A stretch of DNA of 50,738 nucleotides. Origin: Basidiobolus meristosporus CBS 931.73. Its lineage: Eukaryota > Fungi > Basidiobolomycota. Shown in pieces: positions 27,841 to 42,100 of this stretch. Each line of letters begins with the position of its first letter. The first letter of the stretch is position 1. The notes beneath the pieces were generated by a model, which made no database searches, had not been told where the DNA came from, and saw only the letters and a list, made by a program, of their open reading frames with translations. The stretch is taken from assembly GCA_002104905.1 (NCBI GenBank), contig MCFE01000638.1, positions 1-50,738 on the forward strand, written 5' to 3'. A program made the position numbers and the translations under genes.

Positions 27841-29663
27841 TGTAGTTTCTTTTTCGTAATTTCCACACTATATTTTGATTACTGCCTCACCAAAACTAGC
27901 ACGTTATTGGAGTATATTTGTTCATGCGGTTGATTGAAATACATCAGATAGAATTTGTGAACTTACTAGCACACTAAGACGTTTATTCACTAGTACAGAT
28001 TTATAGAACATGCACTTGACTGTAGTCAAGATTTATCCAGGGATATAGCACAAGAGCAGCTAGACCTTGTCCAGCTAGTGGGAAATCTCTACGTGAGGGA
28101 AGAGGTAAACAGAGTTGGCATGACATATCACTGGGTATACACCAAAGGAGAAGAAACTTTGAAGTCATGCTTCTGAAGTGGTAGGTCGTACTAGAGCTAT
28201 TCATAAATTCCGCGGTAGCAGTAGGTAGCAATTTCACATATAAGCATGTGTATAGAGTTATACTTACAGGTATTAATTCGACACTGATGTTTCACAGGAA
28301 ATACGTCAACCAACAAACAGAAAGATTAAGGGCATTGTGGGTCTGGAATTAGGAAAATCTGAAGGGGATAGCAACAGCAACAAGAGAAATCTAATAAGAG
28401 GATCAGACTGAAATAATACTGCTTTGAGTAAACTTGTCTGTAGGATGTAGCGGCATTAAGGGGCTCGGTAAACATGCACTGCCCTAACTTCCCCTAATAG
28501 GATTCTTGGATGGGCACCCTCAGAATACGATATGAAAATCATCAACAATGCAACTTCGATGAAACTGACCACTCTTCAAGACACCGATTGAGGTACATAT
28601 CTGAGCATCATAATCTCAATTTTCTACCGTGCCATAGAGTGAGTTCCAATTCCAACCGAGCATCCCGAATATGGGGCAAGCATGAAATAAGAACGAAAGA
28701 ATGCTACGATGCCGAACTAATCTGTTTCCAGAAACTATAAAGCTTCTTTAACAAGTCGCAGTAGCTCCAACATATCAGCTTATTACATAACTGAGAAGTA
28801 TTCCTATATTTGTGTGGCTACATAGAACTAAACCAAGAACGGAGTATGCAAGGTCTGGAGCCATTTAGTTGACTTCAAAAATTTCGTCAATTCTAAGGAA
28901 TCGATATGTGCCAATCAAAATTAATCTCATCCAAATTACTATTTTAGCTGTTGATAACGTGTGGTCGAATATATGATCAATGAGTTGCGATACACATTCT
29001 TGGTGACATACTAAACGGCTCCCAATAGGCGCTGCTAGCGGTAGTTCTATGGAGAACCAGCAGAGAGTAGTCGGTAGATGTATCAAGTCTGTATTAAATT
29101 TTTGGCGTAACCATAACTCTTGCATTTTGAGCCGTGCACAGTTGCTTTCTGTGTCCGATAGAGCTTCCGACCATCTCGAGTGTCAGCAGTTTTTTATGAC
29201 TGGCTCGGTTCAAGGTCGGACCATCACAATCATGTTCAACTACATATAACCCGAGTAATACCAAAAAGGGAAGAGGTAGGGTCATGACACATGAGGTCTT
29301 ACTAGATTAGGAGCAATCCTGCATTGAACGTCTGTTTGTCGAGCTTCTGTACAGAAAGGTTAGAAGAATTTCGACTAATCCTGGTAACTCGGGATTCAAA
29401 TGGGATTCAGAAGCATATGACTGGAAGAACTCTTCTTTGGGTCCCCAGATAAGCCTTAGAGGTTGGGTGTGGCTTCTGGTGAAGGATAAGCAACGATCAA
29501 GTGTAACACGAACGGTTAATTCCATGGCTTGGTCACATTCCTGATAGGAGCTAGGTTTGATAAACTTTATGTCCATCACTTTAAATGGCAACATATGGGT
29601 TGTCCAATAGCTAATCCATATTGAACAAATATGGATGCTATCTAGGTAGATGGATTATGCTAA

Positions 29664-29940
29664 TTATATCCGATCACAAGAAATGGATGGGCCAATTGAC
29701 ACACCATACCACTGGCGCAGTGGTTCTGAACCAGACGTCCAGTACTGCAAACAAACAAGATCGGCGAGGCGCCCGAGTCGAGTCTGATGTGTTGAACATT
29801 GGTGCATTCCCTACTGCAAGTAGGTTTCCCTAGTTTTTGTCCCGCGTGACAGTGGCTGTATGAATGTTGTGCAGTATGGCTGCTTGGACTTTAGTCACGT
29901 ACACTGAGCCGATATCAGTCACGGAGACAAATTAGTTACC
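29664..29940 (-). pseudogene. Psi-4: decayed C-terminal CBM19-like end of the giant mucin family
   Basis: FVSVTDIGSVYVTKVQAAILHNIHTATVTRDK/GKPTCSRECTN...LDSGASPILFVCSTGRLVQNHCASGMVC with frameshifts; its closest relative is psi-1. Confidence 0.85.
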
Positions 29941-30163
29941 GTAAAAGTTGGGTTCAAGTGCAATAATTGAGCGTGTTGAACGAGAGTTGGCAGATAATCA
30001 TGGTCAATTTCATGATTTAGCTACCTTCCTAATAAAGACTGGGGATGTGGCTCGTTGGTGGTGAACTTTATTTTAATACTTTAATTGGCCATTGATGGGT
30101 TGTCCAATAGTTCATCAATAATAAGCAAACATGGTCGGTATCTATGGATATAGTCTATGCCAT

Positions 30164-33100
30164 TCATAGCCAATCACAAATAATGGATTGGCCAAGGGAT
30201 TTACACACCGTACCACTCGCGCAATGGTTCTGGATCAGACGTCCATTACTGCAAACAAAGAAGATTGGCGAGGCGCCCGATTCAAGGCAGCTATATTGCC
30301 CGTTAGTGCAGTCCCCACTATAAGTGGATTTCGCCTGTTTTTCATCACGTGTGACAGTGACTGTGTGAATATTGTGCAGTGTAACTGTATGAATGCTGGT
30401 CACGGTAGCTTGGCTAACATCAGTCACCGAGACAAACACAGTGGCCGTAGCACATTGAGGTGCGCATGTTCCTTCAATGGAAGGAGAGAACTGAGTAACA
30501 GTGGCAGTGATTGTTGGCTTGACAATGATAGTACGATCGATGATAGTGCGTACGCTACCATTACCCTCAGTCACAGTAGTAACGTGGGCAACAGTCTCCG
30601 CAGGTGCTTGGGTTTCAGCAGCAACAGTGCGGTCGCTAACAGAACTGGCATTACTGTTAGTCTCAATTACCGTTACGGTTGGTTCAGCAACATTGCTACG
30701 AACACCACTTTCCATTAAAGCAGTTGGTGAAATAGTGACGGAGCGTTCGACGATGCTGTAGCTCTGGCCAGGAAATTCAGTAACTGTGACGGCACTGGCG
30801 CTAGTAGCAGTTTCTGCAGGTTCAACAGTGACAGAGCGGTCAATACTAGTGTGCATGTTGCCAACAGCTGAGGTCACAGTAATGATACGAGTATTGCTTA
30901 CAGCCGATAACGAAGATTGAACAGTGACAGTGTGGTCTGCAACAGTACTAACTTTGCCTTGAGACTCATTTACCGCTATGGTGCGAGCACCACTATCAAC
31001 AGAGACTGTGGGCTGAATGGTAACAGTGATATCCTTGTCGTCAGACTGCGTTGCAGTGATGGAACGAACATCACTTCCAACAGAGACAGTTGATTGGATA
31101 GTGACGGTTCGGTCAACGATATTGTGAACCCTGTCATCAGTTTCAGTCGCAGTAGTGGTACGATCACCACTATCTATAGATACAGTAGGCTGAACAATGA
31201 CAGTGCGGTCAATAACAGTGTGAACGTTGCCGTTGGATTCAGTCACAGTAATGGTACGAGCACCACTTTCTACAGATACAATAGGCTGAACAGTAACAGT
31301 GTGGTCAACAACAGTATGAATATTGCCGTTGGACTCAGTCACAGTAATGGTGCGAGCACCACTCTCAATGGATGCGGTCGGTTGAACAGTTACTGTGCGG
31401 TCATCAATAGTGTGAACATTGCCGTTGGATTCAGTCACAGTAATGGTATGAACACCACTTTCAACGGAAACGGTAGGCGGAACAGTAACAGTGCGTTCGA
31501 CAACAGAGTGGACATTGCCTTCGGACTCGGTTACAGTAATGGTATGAGCACCACTTTCTACAGATACGGTAGGCTGAAGAGTCACTGTGCGGTCAACAAC
31601 AGTATGAGCGTTGTCGTTGGATTCAGTCAAAGCAATGGTGCGAGTACCACTCTCAATAGATACAGTAGGCTGAACAGTAACAGTACGGTCAACAATAGTG
31701 TTAATATTGCCGTTGGACCCAGTCACAGTGATAGTGTGAGCACCACTCTCAACAGATACGGTCGGTTGAACAGTTACAGTTCGGTCAACAACAGTATGAA
31801 CATTGCCGTCGGATTCAGTCACAGTAATGGTGCGAACATCACTTACAACAGATATAGTAGGTTGAACAATCGCTGTGCGGTCTACAACACTGTGAACGTT
31901 GCCATTGGATTCAGTCACAGTAAGGGTGCGAGCACCACTTTCAACAGAAACGCTAGGACGAACAGTAACAGTGCGGTCAACAACAGTATGAACATTGCCG
32001 TTGGACTCAGTCACGGTGATGGTACGAGCACCACTTTCAACAGAAACGGTAGGCTGAACAGTAACAGTGCGGTCAACAACAGTGTGAACATTGCCGTTGG
32101 ATTCAGTCACGGTGATGGTACGAGCACCACCTTCTACAGAAACAGTAGACTGAACAGTAACCGTATGGTTAACAACAGTATGAACATTGCCGTCGGATTT
32201 AGTCACAGTAATGGTGTGAGCATCACTTTCAACGGAAACGGTAGGCTGAACAGTCACTGTGCGGTCAGTAACAGTATGAACATTGCCGTTGGATTCAGTC
32301 ACAGTAATGGTGCGAGCACCACTATCAATAGATACAGTAGGTTGAATAGTCACTGTGCGGTCTACGATAGTGTGAACATTGCCGTTGGACTCAGTCACAG
32401 TAACGGTGCGAGCACCACTTTCAACAGATACGGTAGGATGAACAGTAACAGTGCGGTCAACAACAGTATGCACATTGCCGTTGGACTCAGTCACAGTAAC
32501 GGTACGAGCACCTCTCTCAATAGATACGGTAGGCTGAACAGTAACAGTGCGGTCAACAGCAGTGTTAACGTTGCCTTCGGACTCTGGTACAGTAATGGTA
32601 TGAACACCACTTTCAACGGAAACGGTAGGCTGAATAGTAACAGTGCGATCAACAACAGTGTGAACATTGCCGTTGGACTCAGTCACGGTGATGGTACGAG
32701 CACCACTTTCTACAGAAACGGTAGGCTGAACAGTAACAGTACGGTCAACAACAGTGTGAACATTGCCGTTGGACTCAGTCACGGTGATGGTACGAGCATC
32801 ACTTTCAACGGAAATGGTAGGCTGAACAGTCACTGTGCGGTCAATAACAGTATGAACATTGCCGTCGGATTCAGTCACAGTAATGGTGAGAGCACCTCTC
32901 TCAATAGATACGGTAGGTTGAATAGTCACTGTGCGGTCAACAACAGTGTGAACATTGCCGTTGGACTCAGACACAGTGATGGTACGGGCACCGCTTTCAA
33001 CAGAAATGGTAGGCTGAACAGTAACAGTGCGGTCAACAACAGTGTGAACATTGCCGTTGGACTCAGTCACAGTGACGGTACGGGCACCACTTTCTACAGA

Positions 33101-36100
33101 AACGGTAGGCTGAACAGTAACAGTGCGGTCAACAACAGTGTGAACATTGCCATTGGACTCAGTCACAGTGATGGTACGGTCACCGCTTTCTACAGAAACG
33201 GTAGGCTGAACAGTCACTGTGCGGTCAATAACAGTATGAACATTGCCGTTGGACTCAGTCACAGTGATGGTACGGGCACCACTTTCTACAGAAACGGTAG
33301 GCTGAACAGTAACAGTGCGGTCAACAACAGTGTGAACATTGCCATTGGACTCAGTCACAGTGATGGTACGGGCACCACTTTCTACAGAAACGGTATGCTG
33401 AACAGTAACAGTGCGGTCAACAACAGTGTGAACCTTGCCGTTGGACTCAGTCACAGTGACGGTACGGGCACCACTTTCTACAGAAACGGTAGGCTGAACA
33501 GTCACTGTGCGGTCAATAACAGTATGAACATTGCCGTTGGACTCAGTCACAGTAACGGTACGGGCACCACTTTCTACAGAAACGGTAGGCTGAACAGTAA
33601 CAGTGCGGTCAACAACAGTGTGAACATTGCCGTTGGACTCAGTCACAGTGATGGTACGGGCACCACTTTCTACAGAAACGGTAGGCTGAACAGTAACAGT
33701 GCGGTCAACAACAGTCTTAACATTGCCGTTGGACTCAGTCACAGTTATGGTGCGAGCACCACTTTCAACAGAAATGGTAGGCTCAACAGTAACAGTGCGA
33801 TCAACAACAGTGTGAACATTGCCGTTGGACTCAGTCACGGTGATGGTACGGGCACCACTTTCAACAGAAACGGTAGGCTGAACAGTAACAGTGCGGTCAA
33901 CAACAGTATGAACATTGCCGTCGGATTCAGTCGCAGTAATGGTGCGCGCACCACTCTCAATAGACACGGTAGGATGAATAGTAACAGTGCGGCCAACAAC
34001 AGTGTGAACATTGCCGTTGGGTTCTGTCACCGTGGTACGGGCACCACTTTCAACAGAAACGGTAGGCTGAACAGTAACAGTGCGGTCTATGATAGTGTGA
34101 ACATTGCCGTTGGACTCAGTCACGGTGACGGTACGGGCACCACTTTCTACAGAAACGGTAGGCTGAACAGTAACAGTGCGGTCAACAACAGTGTGAACAT
34201 TGCCGTTGGACTCAGTCACAGTGACGGTACGGGCACCACTTTCTACAGAAACGGTAGGCTGAACAGTAACAGTGCGGTCAACAACAGTGTGAACATTGCC
34301 GTTGGATTCAGTCACAGTGATGGTGCGAGCACCACTCTTGATAGATACGGTGGGTTGATCCGTAACTGTACGGTCAATAACAGTGTGAACAATGCTGTTG
34401 GACTCAGTCACAGTAATGCTGCGAGCACCACTCTCAATAGATACGGTAGGTTGAATAGTCACTGTGCGGTCTACGACAGTGTGAACATTGCCGTTGGACT
34501 CAGTCACAGTAACGGTACGAGCACCACTTTCAACTGAAACGGTAGGCCGAAGAGTCACTGTGCGGTCTACAACAGTGTGAACATTGCCGTTGGATTCAGT
34601 CACAGTAATGGTGCGAGCACCACTTTCTACAGAAACGGTAGGCTGAACAGTAACAGTGCGGTCAACAACAGTGTGAACATTGCCGTCGGATTCAGTCACA
34701 GTGATGGTGCGAGCACCACTATCAATAGATACAGTAGGTTGAATAGTCACTGTGCGGTCTACAACAGTGTGAACATTGCCGTTGGACTCAGTCACAGTAA
34801 TGGTGCGAGCACCACTTTCAACAGAAATGGTAGGCTGAACAGTAACAGTGCGGTCAACAACAGTGTGAACATTGCCGTTGGATTCAGTCACAGTAATGGT
34901 GCGAGCACCACTTTCAACAGAAATGGTAGGCTGAACAGTAACAGTGCGGTCAACAATAGTGTGAACATTACCGTTGGATTCAGTCACAGTAATGGTGCGA
35001 GCACCACTTTCAACAGAAATGGTAGGCTGAACAGTAACAGTGCGGTCAACAACAGTGTGAACATTGCCGTCGGATTCAGTCACAGTGATGGTGCGAGCAC
35101 CACTCTTGATAGATACGGTGGGTTGAACCGTAACTGTACGGTCAATAACAGTGTGAACAATGCTGTTGGATTCAGTCACAGTAATGCTGCGAGCACCACT
35201 CTCAATAGATACGGTAGGTTGAATAGTCACTGTGCGGTCTACGACAGTATGAACATTGCCGTTGGATTCAGTCACAGTAATGGAACGAGATCCGCGTTCT
35301 GTATATGTTAAATCTATTGAAGTCTCGGGTTGGATAGTCACCTTGCCGGATGGCTGGTCAGTCACGGAATGCTTGTAGGTTACTGTTGGTTCGGTGACGG
35401 TCTTAGTTGGTTCATTTATGGTAACTTCAATGGATGTATCATGCTGAATGGTAACTACTTCGGAAGCATCCTTAGTTATGTACTGCCTATGGGTTACTGT
35501 TGGTTCTGTTACAGTGACGGTTGGCTCGGTGATTGTTATATCTACTGAAGTCTCGTGTTGGATGGTCACCTCGCCGGATGGCTTGTCAGTCACGGAATGC
35601 TTGTAGGTTACCGTTGGTTCGGTGACGGTCTCAGTTGGTTCATTTATGGTAACTTCAATGGATGTATCATGCTTAATTGTGACTTCTTCGGAAGCATCCT
35701 TAGTTATGTAGTGCCTATGGGTTACTGTGGGTTCAGTCACAGTGACTGTTGGCTTGGTGAATGTTACATCTACTGAAGTCTCACGTTGAATGGTCACCTC
35801 ACCGGATGGCTGGTCAGTCACTGAATGCTTATGTGTTATCGTTGGCTCAGTGACTGTTATTGTTGGCTCAGTTATGGTAACTTCAATGGATGTATCATGC
35901 TGAATTGTGACTTCTTCGGAAGCATCCTTAGTTATGTAATGCCTATGGGTTACTGTTGGTTCAGTCACAGTGACGGTTGGCTCGGTGATTGTTACATCTA
36001 CTGAAGTCTCACGTTGAATGGTCACTTCGCCGGATGGCTTGTCAGTCACGGAATGCTTGAAGGTTACCGTTGGTTCGGTGACGGTCTCAGTTGGTTCATT

Positions 36101-39100
36101 AATGGTAACTTCAATGGATGTATCATGCTGAATGGTAACCTCCCTGGAAGCACTCTTAGTCACGTAGTGCCTATGGGTTACTGCGGGTTCAGTCACAGTG
36201 ACGGTTGGCTCGGTGATTGTTATATCTACTGAAGTCTCGCGTTGGATGGTCGCCTCGCCGGATGGCTTGTCAGTCACGGAATGCTTGTAGGTTACCGTTG
36301 GTTCGGTGACGGTCTCAGTTGGTTCATTTATGGTAACTTCAATGGATGTATCATGTTGAATTGTGACTTCTTCGGAAGCATCCTTAGTTATGTAGTGCCT
36401 ATGGGTTACTGTGGGTTCAGTCACAGTGACGGTTGGCTCGGTGATTGTTACATCTACTGAAGTCTCACGTTGAATGGTCACCTCGCCGGATGGTTGGTCA
36501 GTCACCGAATGCTTGTAAGTTACCGTTGGATCCGTAACGGTCACTGGCGGTTCAGTTATGGTAACTTCAACGGATTCATCATGCTGAATTGTGACTTCTG
36601 CTGAAGCCTCCTTTGTAACAAAGTGTTTTGAGGTCACCGTGGATTCAGTCACAGTCAGAGTAGGCTTGGTAATAGTAATATCGCTGAAAACAACTGGTCT
36701 TTGGGTCACATTGTGATGAGGCTTGATTGTTACGGAGTAATCTTTGGTAGAGGTACGTTCAGTCACGGTTATAGTTGGCTCTGTGATAGTAACATCACTA
36801 GACACAACAGGATGAACGGTGACCTTTCGTGCCTTTTCGGTATATGTATGAATTATAGTTTTGGAAGGCTCTGTTATAGTAACTTTGGGCTGGGTAATGG
36901 TGACATCAACAGAAATAGTAGGCCGGATTGTTGCTTCGTCGGAAGTAGAAATCTTCACTTGAGAAGAATCCATTGTCCTATTTTTCGAACTAGAACGAGT
37001 AGTAGAGTGCGGCGATACCTGGGATCTGTGCTCTGACTCCGAGTGAGTAGATATTTGCGATGAGTCAGTGCGGCTCTCACTGGAAACGTGCTCCGTTAGT
37101 CTCTCAGAATGGGATGATTTGTCGGAATCGGCGTGAACTGGCTTCGAAGTAGCCTTGTTGTGGTTATCAGACATGGAGTGTTCGCTAGACTCCTCAGAGC
37201 GAGTGGGCTTTACCGACGAGTCAATGCTGCTCTCACTGTGAACGTGCTCGGTAGGCTTCTCAGAATGGAATGATTTATCGGACTCGGTGTGAGCTGGCTT
37301 CGAAGTAGACTTGGTGTGGTCATCCGAATTCGGGTGTCCACTGTGCTTCAAAGAGTGAGACGAGCTTTTAGGTTTATGCCCTGACTCCGAATGAGCAGGC
37401 TTGGCCGATGATTCAGTGTGGCTCTCACTGTGAACGTGCTGGGTTGGCCTCTCCGAATGTGACAATTTGCCGGACTCAGTGTGAATTGGCTTCGAAGTAG
37501 GCTTGATGTGGTCTTCTGAATTCGAGTGTTCACTAGGCTTCTCAGAGTGTGACGACTCTTCATGTCTGTGCTCTGACTCTGGGTAAATGGACTTTACCGA
37601 CGATTCAGTGTGGCTCTCACTGGAAACGTGCTCAGTTGGCCTCTCATAATGGGAGGATGTGTCGGAATCGGTGTGGACCGACCTCGAAGTAGTCTTGTTT
37701 TGGTTATAAGACATGGAGTGTTCGCTAGACTTCTCAGAGCGTATTAATTCCTTGGATCTGTGCTCTGACTTCAAGTGAGTAGGCCTTACCGATGAGTCAG
37801 TGAGGCTCTCACTGCGAACACGCTCTGTTGGTTTGTCAGATTCGGTCGATTTGTTGGTCTCGGTGTGGACTGGCTTTGAAGCAGACTTGCTGTGTTCATC
37901 AGACCTGGAGTGTTCGCTAGGCTTCTCGAAGTGTGACGGCTCTTTGGATCTGTGTTCTGACTCCGAATGAGCAGGCTTGACAGATGAGTCAGTGTGGCTC
38001 CCACTGTGAACGTGCTCAGTTGGCCTTTCAGAATGGGACATTTTTCCGGACTCAGTGTGAATTGGCTTCGAAGTAGACTTGCCGCGATCTTCTGAATTCG
38101 AGTGTTCACTAGGCTTCTCAGAGTGTGGCGATTCCTTGGGTCTGTGCTGTGACTCCGAGTGTGCAGGCTTTGTCGATGAGACAGTGCGGCTCTCACTGTG
38201 AGCGTGCTCTGTTGGCTTCTCAGAACCAGTTAATTTATCGGACTCAATGTGAACTGGCTTCGAGGTAGGCTTGCTATGGTCATCAGACTTCAAATGTTCA
38301 TTAGAACTCTCAGAGTGAGACGAGTCTTGAGGTCTGTGCCCTGACTCCGAGTGAGCAGGCTTGGCTGATGATTCAGTGTGGCTCTCACTGTGAACGTGCT
38401 GGGTTGGCCTTTCAGAATGGGACATTTTGCCGGACTCAGTGTGAATTGGCTTTGAAGTAGGCTTGATGTGGTCTTCTGAATTCGAGTGTTCACTAGGCTT
38501 CTCAGAGTGTGACGACTCTTCATGTCTGTGCTCTGACTCTGGGTAAATAGACTTTACCAATGATTCAGTGTGGCTCACACCGGGAACGTGCTCAGTTGGC
38601 CTCTCATAATGGGAGGATGTGTCGGAATCGGTGTGGACCGACCTCGAAGTAGCCTTGTTATGGTTATCAGACATGGAGTGTTCGCTAGACTCCTCAGAGT
38701 GTGTTGATTCCTTAGACTGGGGCTCCGACTCAGAGTGAGTGGGCTTTACCGACGAGTCAATGCTGCTCTCACTGTGAACGTGCTCGGTAGGCTTCTCAGA
38801 ATGGAATGATTTATCGGACTCGGTGTGTGCTGGCTTCGAAGTAGACTTGGTGTGGTCATCCGAATTCGGGTGTCCACTGTGCTTCAAAGAGTGAGACGAG
38901 CTTTTAGGTTTATGCCCTGACTCCGAATGAGCAGGCTTGGCCGATGATACAGTGTGGCTCTCACTGTGAACGTGCTGGGTTGGCCTCTCCGAATGTGACA
39001 ATTTGCCGGACTCAGTGTGAATTGGCTTCGAAGTAGGCTTGATGTGGTCTTCTGAATTCGAGTGTTCACTAGGCTTCTCAGAGTGTGACGACTCTTCATG

Positions 39101-42100
39101 TCTGTGCTCTGACTCTGGGTAAATGGACTTTACCGACGATTCAGTGTGGCTCTCACTGGAAACGTGCTCAGTTGGCCTCTCATAATGGGAGGATGTGTCG
39201 GACTCGGTGTGGACTGACTTCGAAGTAGCCTTGTTGTGGTTATCAGACATGGAGTGTTCGCTAGACTTCTCAGAGCGTATTGACTCCTTGGATCTGTGCT
39301 CTGACTCCGAGTGAGTAGGCTTTACCGATGAGCCAGTGCGGCTCTCACTGCGAACACGCTCTGTTGGTTTGCCAGATTGGGTCGATTTGTTGGTCTCAGT
39401 GTGGACTGGCTTTGAAGTGGACTTGCTATGGTCATCAGACTTGGAGTGTCCGCTTGGCTTCTCAGAGTGCAACGGCTCTTTGGATCTGTGCCCTGAATCC
39501 GAGTGAGCAGGCTTGGCCGATGAGTCCATGTGGCTCTCACTGTGAACGTGCTCGGTTGACTTCTCAGCATGGGTTGACCTATCAGACTCGGTGTGAACTG
39601 GCTTAGGCTGGGGCTCTGACTCAGAGTGGGTGGGCTTTACCGACGAGTCAATGCCGCTCTCACTGTGAACGTGCTTGTTAGGCTTCTCAGAATGGAATGA
39701 TTTATAGGACACGGTGTGGGTTAGCTTTGAAATAGCAGTAGAGTGCGACGATCCCTGGGATCTGTGCTCCGACTCCGAGTGAGTAGGCATTGCCGATGAG
39801 TCCATGTGGCTCTCACTGTGAACGTGCTCGGTTGACTTCTCAGAATGGGTTGACGTATCAGACTCGGTGTGAACTGGCTTGGTAGTAGACTTGCTGTGGT
39901 AATCAGACTTCAAGTGTTCACTGGACCTCTCAGAGTGAGGCGAGTCTTGAGGTCTGTGCCCTGACTCCGAGTGAACAGGCTTGGCTGATGTCTTAGTGTG
40001 GCTCTCACTGTGAACGTGCTCGGTTGGCCTTTCAGAATGGGTCATTTTGCCGGACTCAGTGTGAATTGGCTTCGAAGTAGATTTGCCGCGATCTTCTGAA
40101 TTTGAGTGTTCACTGGGCTTCTGAGAGTGTGATGATTCCTTGGGTGTGTGCTTTGACTCCGAGTGCGCAGGCTTTGCCGATGAAACAGTACGGCTCTCAC
40201 TATGAACGTGCTCTGTTGGCTTCTCAGAACTAGTTGATTTATCGGACTCGATGTGAACTGGCTTCGAAGTAGTCTTAGTGTGGTCATCAGTCTTCAAGTG
40301 TTCACTGGACCTCTCAGAGTGAGACGACTCTTGAGGTCTGCGCCCTGACTCCGAGTGAGCAGGCTTGGGCGATGAATCAGTGTGGCTCTCACTGTGAGCG
40401 TGCTCTGTAGGCTTCTCAGAATGAGTTGATTTATCGGACTCGGTGTGGACTGGCTTCGAAGTAGACTTGCTATGGTCATCAGACTTGGAGTGTCCGCTTG
40501 GCTTCTCAGAGTGCAACGGCTCTTTGGATCTGTGCCCTGAATCCGAGTGAGCAGGCTTGGCCGATGAGTCAGTGTGGCTCTCACTGGAAACGTGCTCAGT
40601 TGGCCTCTCATAAGGGGACAATGTGTCGGGCTCAGTGTGTGGTGACTTCGAAGTAGCCTTGTTATGGCCATCAGGCTTGGAGTGTTCGCTAGGCTTCTCA
40701 GAGTGGGATGACACCTTAGGCTGGGGCTCTGACTCAGAGCGAGTGGGCTTTACCGATGAGTCAATGCTGCTCTCACTGTGAACGTGCTTGGTAGGCTTCT
40801 CAGAATGGAATGATTTATCGGACTCGGTGTGAGCTGGCTTCGAAATAGATTTACTGTGGTCGACTGACTCCGAGTGGTTACTGGGCTTTACAGAGTGTAC
40901 CGATTCCTTGGGTTTGCGCTCTGATTTCGAGTGAGCAGGCTTGACCGATGATTCAGCATGGCTCTCACTGTGAACGTGCTCGGTTGGTCTCTCATAACGG
41001 GACGATGTGTCGGACTCGGTGTGGAGTGATTTCGAAGTAGCCTTGCTGCGGTTATAAGACTTCAAGTGTTCACTGGGCTTCTCAGAGTATGATGATTCCG
41101 TAGGCTTATGCTCTGACTCCGAGTGAGCAGGCTTGGCCGACGAATCAATGTGGCTCTCACTTCGAACGTGCTCGGTTGGCCTCTCAGAATGAGGCGATCT
41201 GTCGGACTCGATGTGAACTGCCTTCGAGGTAGGCTTGCTGCGGTTATTAGATTTCAAGTGTTCACTGGGCTTCACAGAGTGTGGCGATTCTTTGGGTCTG
41301 TGCTCTGACTCCGAGTGTGCAGGCTTTGCCGATGAATCAGTGTGGCTCTCACTGTGAACGTGCTTGGTTGGCCTCTCAGAATGGGTCGATGTGTCGGACT
41401 CAGTGTGAACTGGCTTCGAAGTAGACTTGCTGTGGTCATCAGACTTCGAGTGTTCACTAGGTTTCTCAGAGTGTGATGATTCCTTAGGTTTGTGCTCTGA
41501 CTCAGAGTGATTGGGCTTTACCGACGAGTCAGTGCTGCTCTCACTGTGAACGTGCTTGGTAGGCTTCAAAGAGTGTGGCGATTCCTTGGGTCTGTGCTCT
41601 GACTCCGAGTGTGCAGGCTTTGCCGATGAATCAGCATGGCTCTCACTGTGAACGTGCTTGGTTGGCCTCTCAGAATGGGTCGATGTGTCGGACTCAGTGT
41701 GAACTGGCTTCGAAGTAGACTTGCTGTGGTCATCAGACTTCGAGTGCTCACTAGGTTTCTCAGAGTGTGACGATTCCTTAGGCTGGGACTCTGACTCAGA
41801 GTGATTGGGCTTTACCGACGAGTCAGCGTTGCTCTCACTGTGAACGTGCTTGGTAGGCTTCAAAGAGTGTGGCGATTCCTTGGGTCTGTGCTCTGACTCC
41901 GAGTGATTAGACTTTACCGATGAATGAGTGCTGCTCTCACTGCGAACGTGCTCTGTTGGTTTCACAGAATGAGCTGATTTGTCGGACTCGGTGTGGACTG
42001 GCTCCGAAGTAGACTTGCTATGGTCATCAGTCTTGGGGTGTTCGCTAGGCTTCTCAGAGTGTGTTGACACCTTAGGCTTGGGCCCTGACTCTGAGTGGGT

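Noticed and set aside
29350-29550. Plus-strand reading GWVWLLVKDK resembling the Fe/Mn-SOD GSGWxWL motif (also about 23780)
   Set aside because: No DxWEHAY or His ligands, stops nearby, and not preserved in the other flank copies.
31094-35311. 1147-aa and 244-aa plus-strand ORFs
   Set aside because: Same antisense shadow effect in gene B, broken at the same ttcaactgaaac variant.
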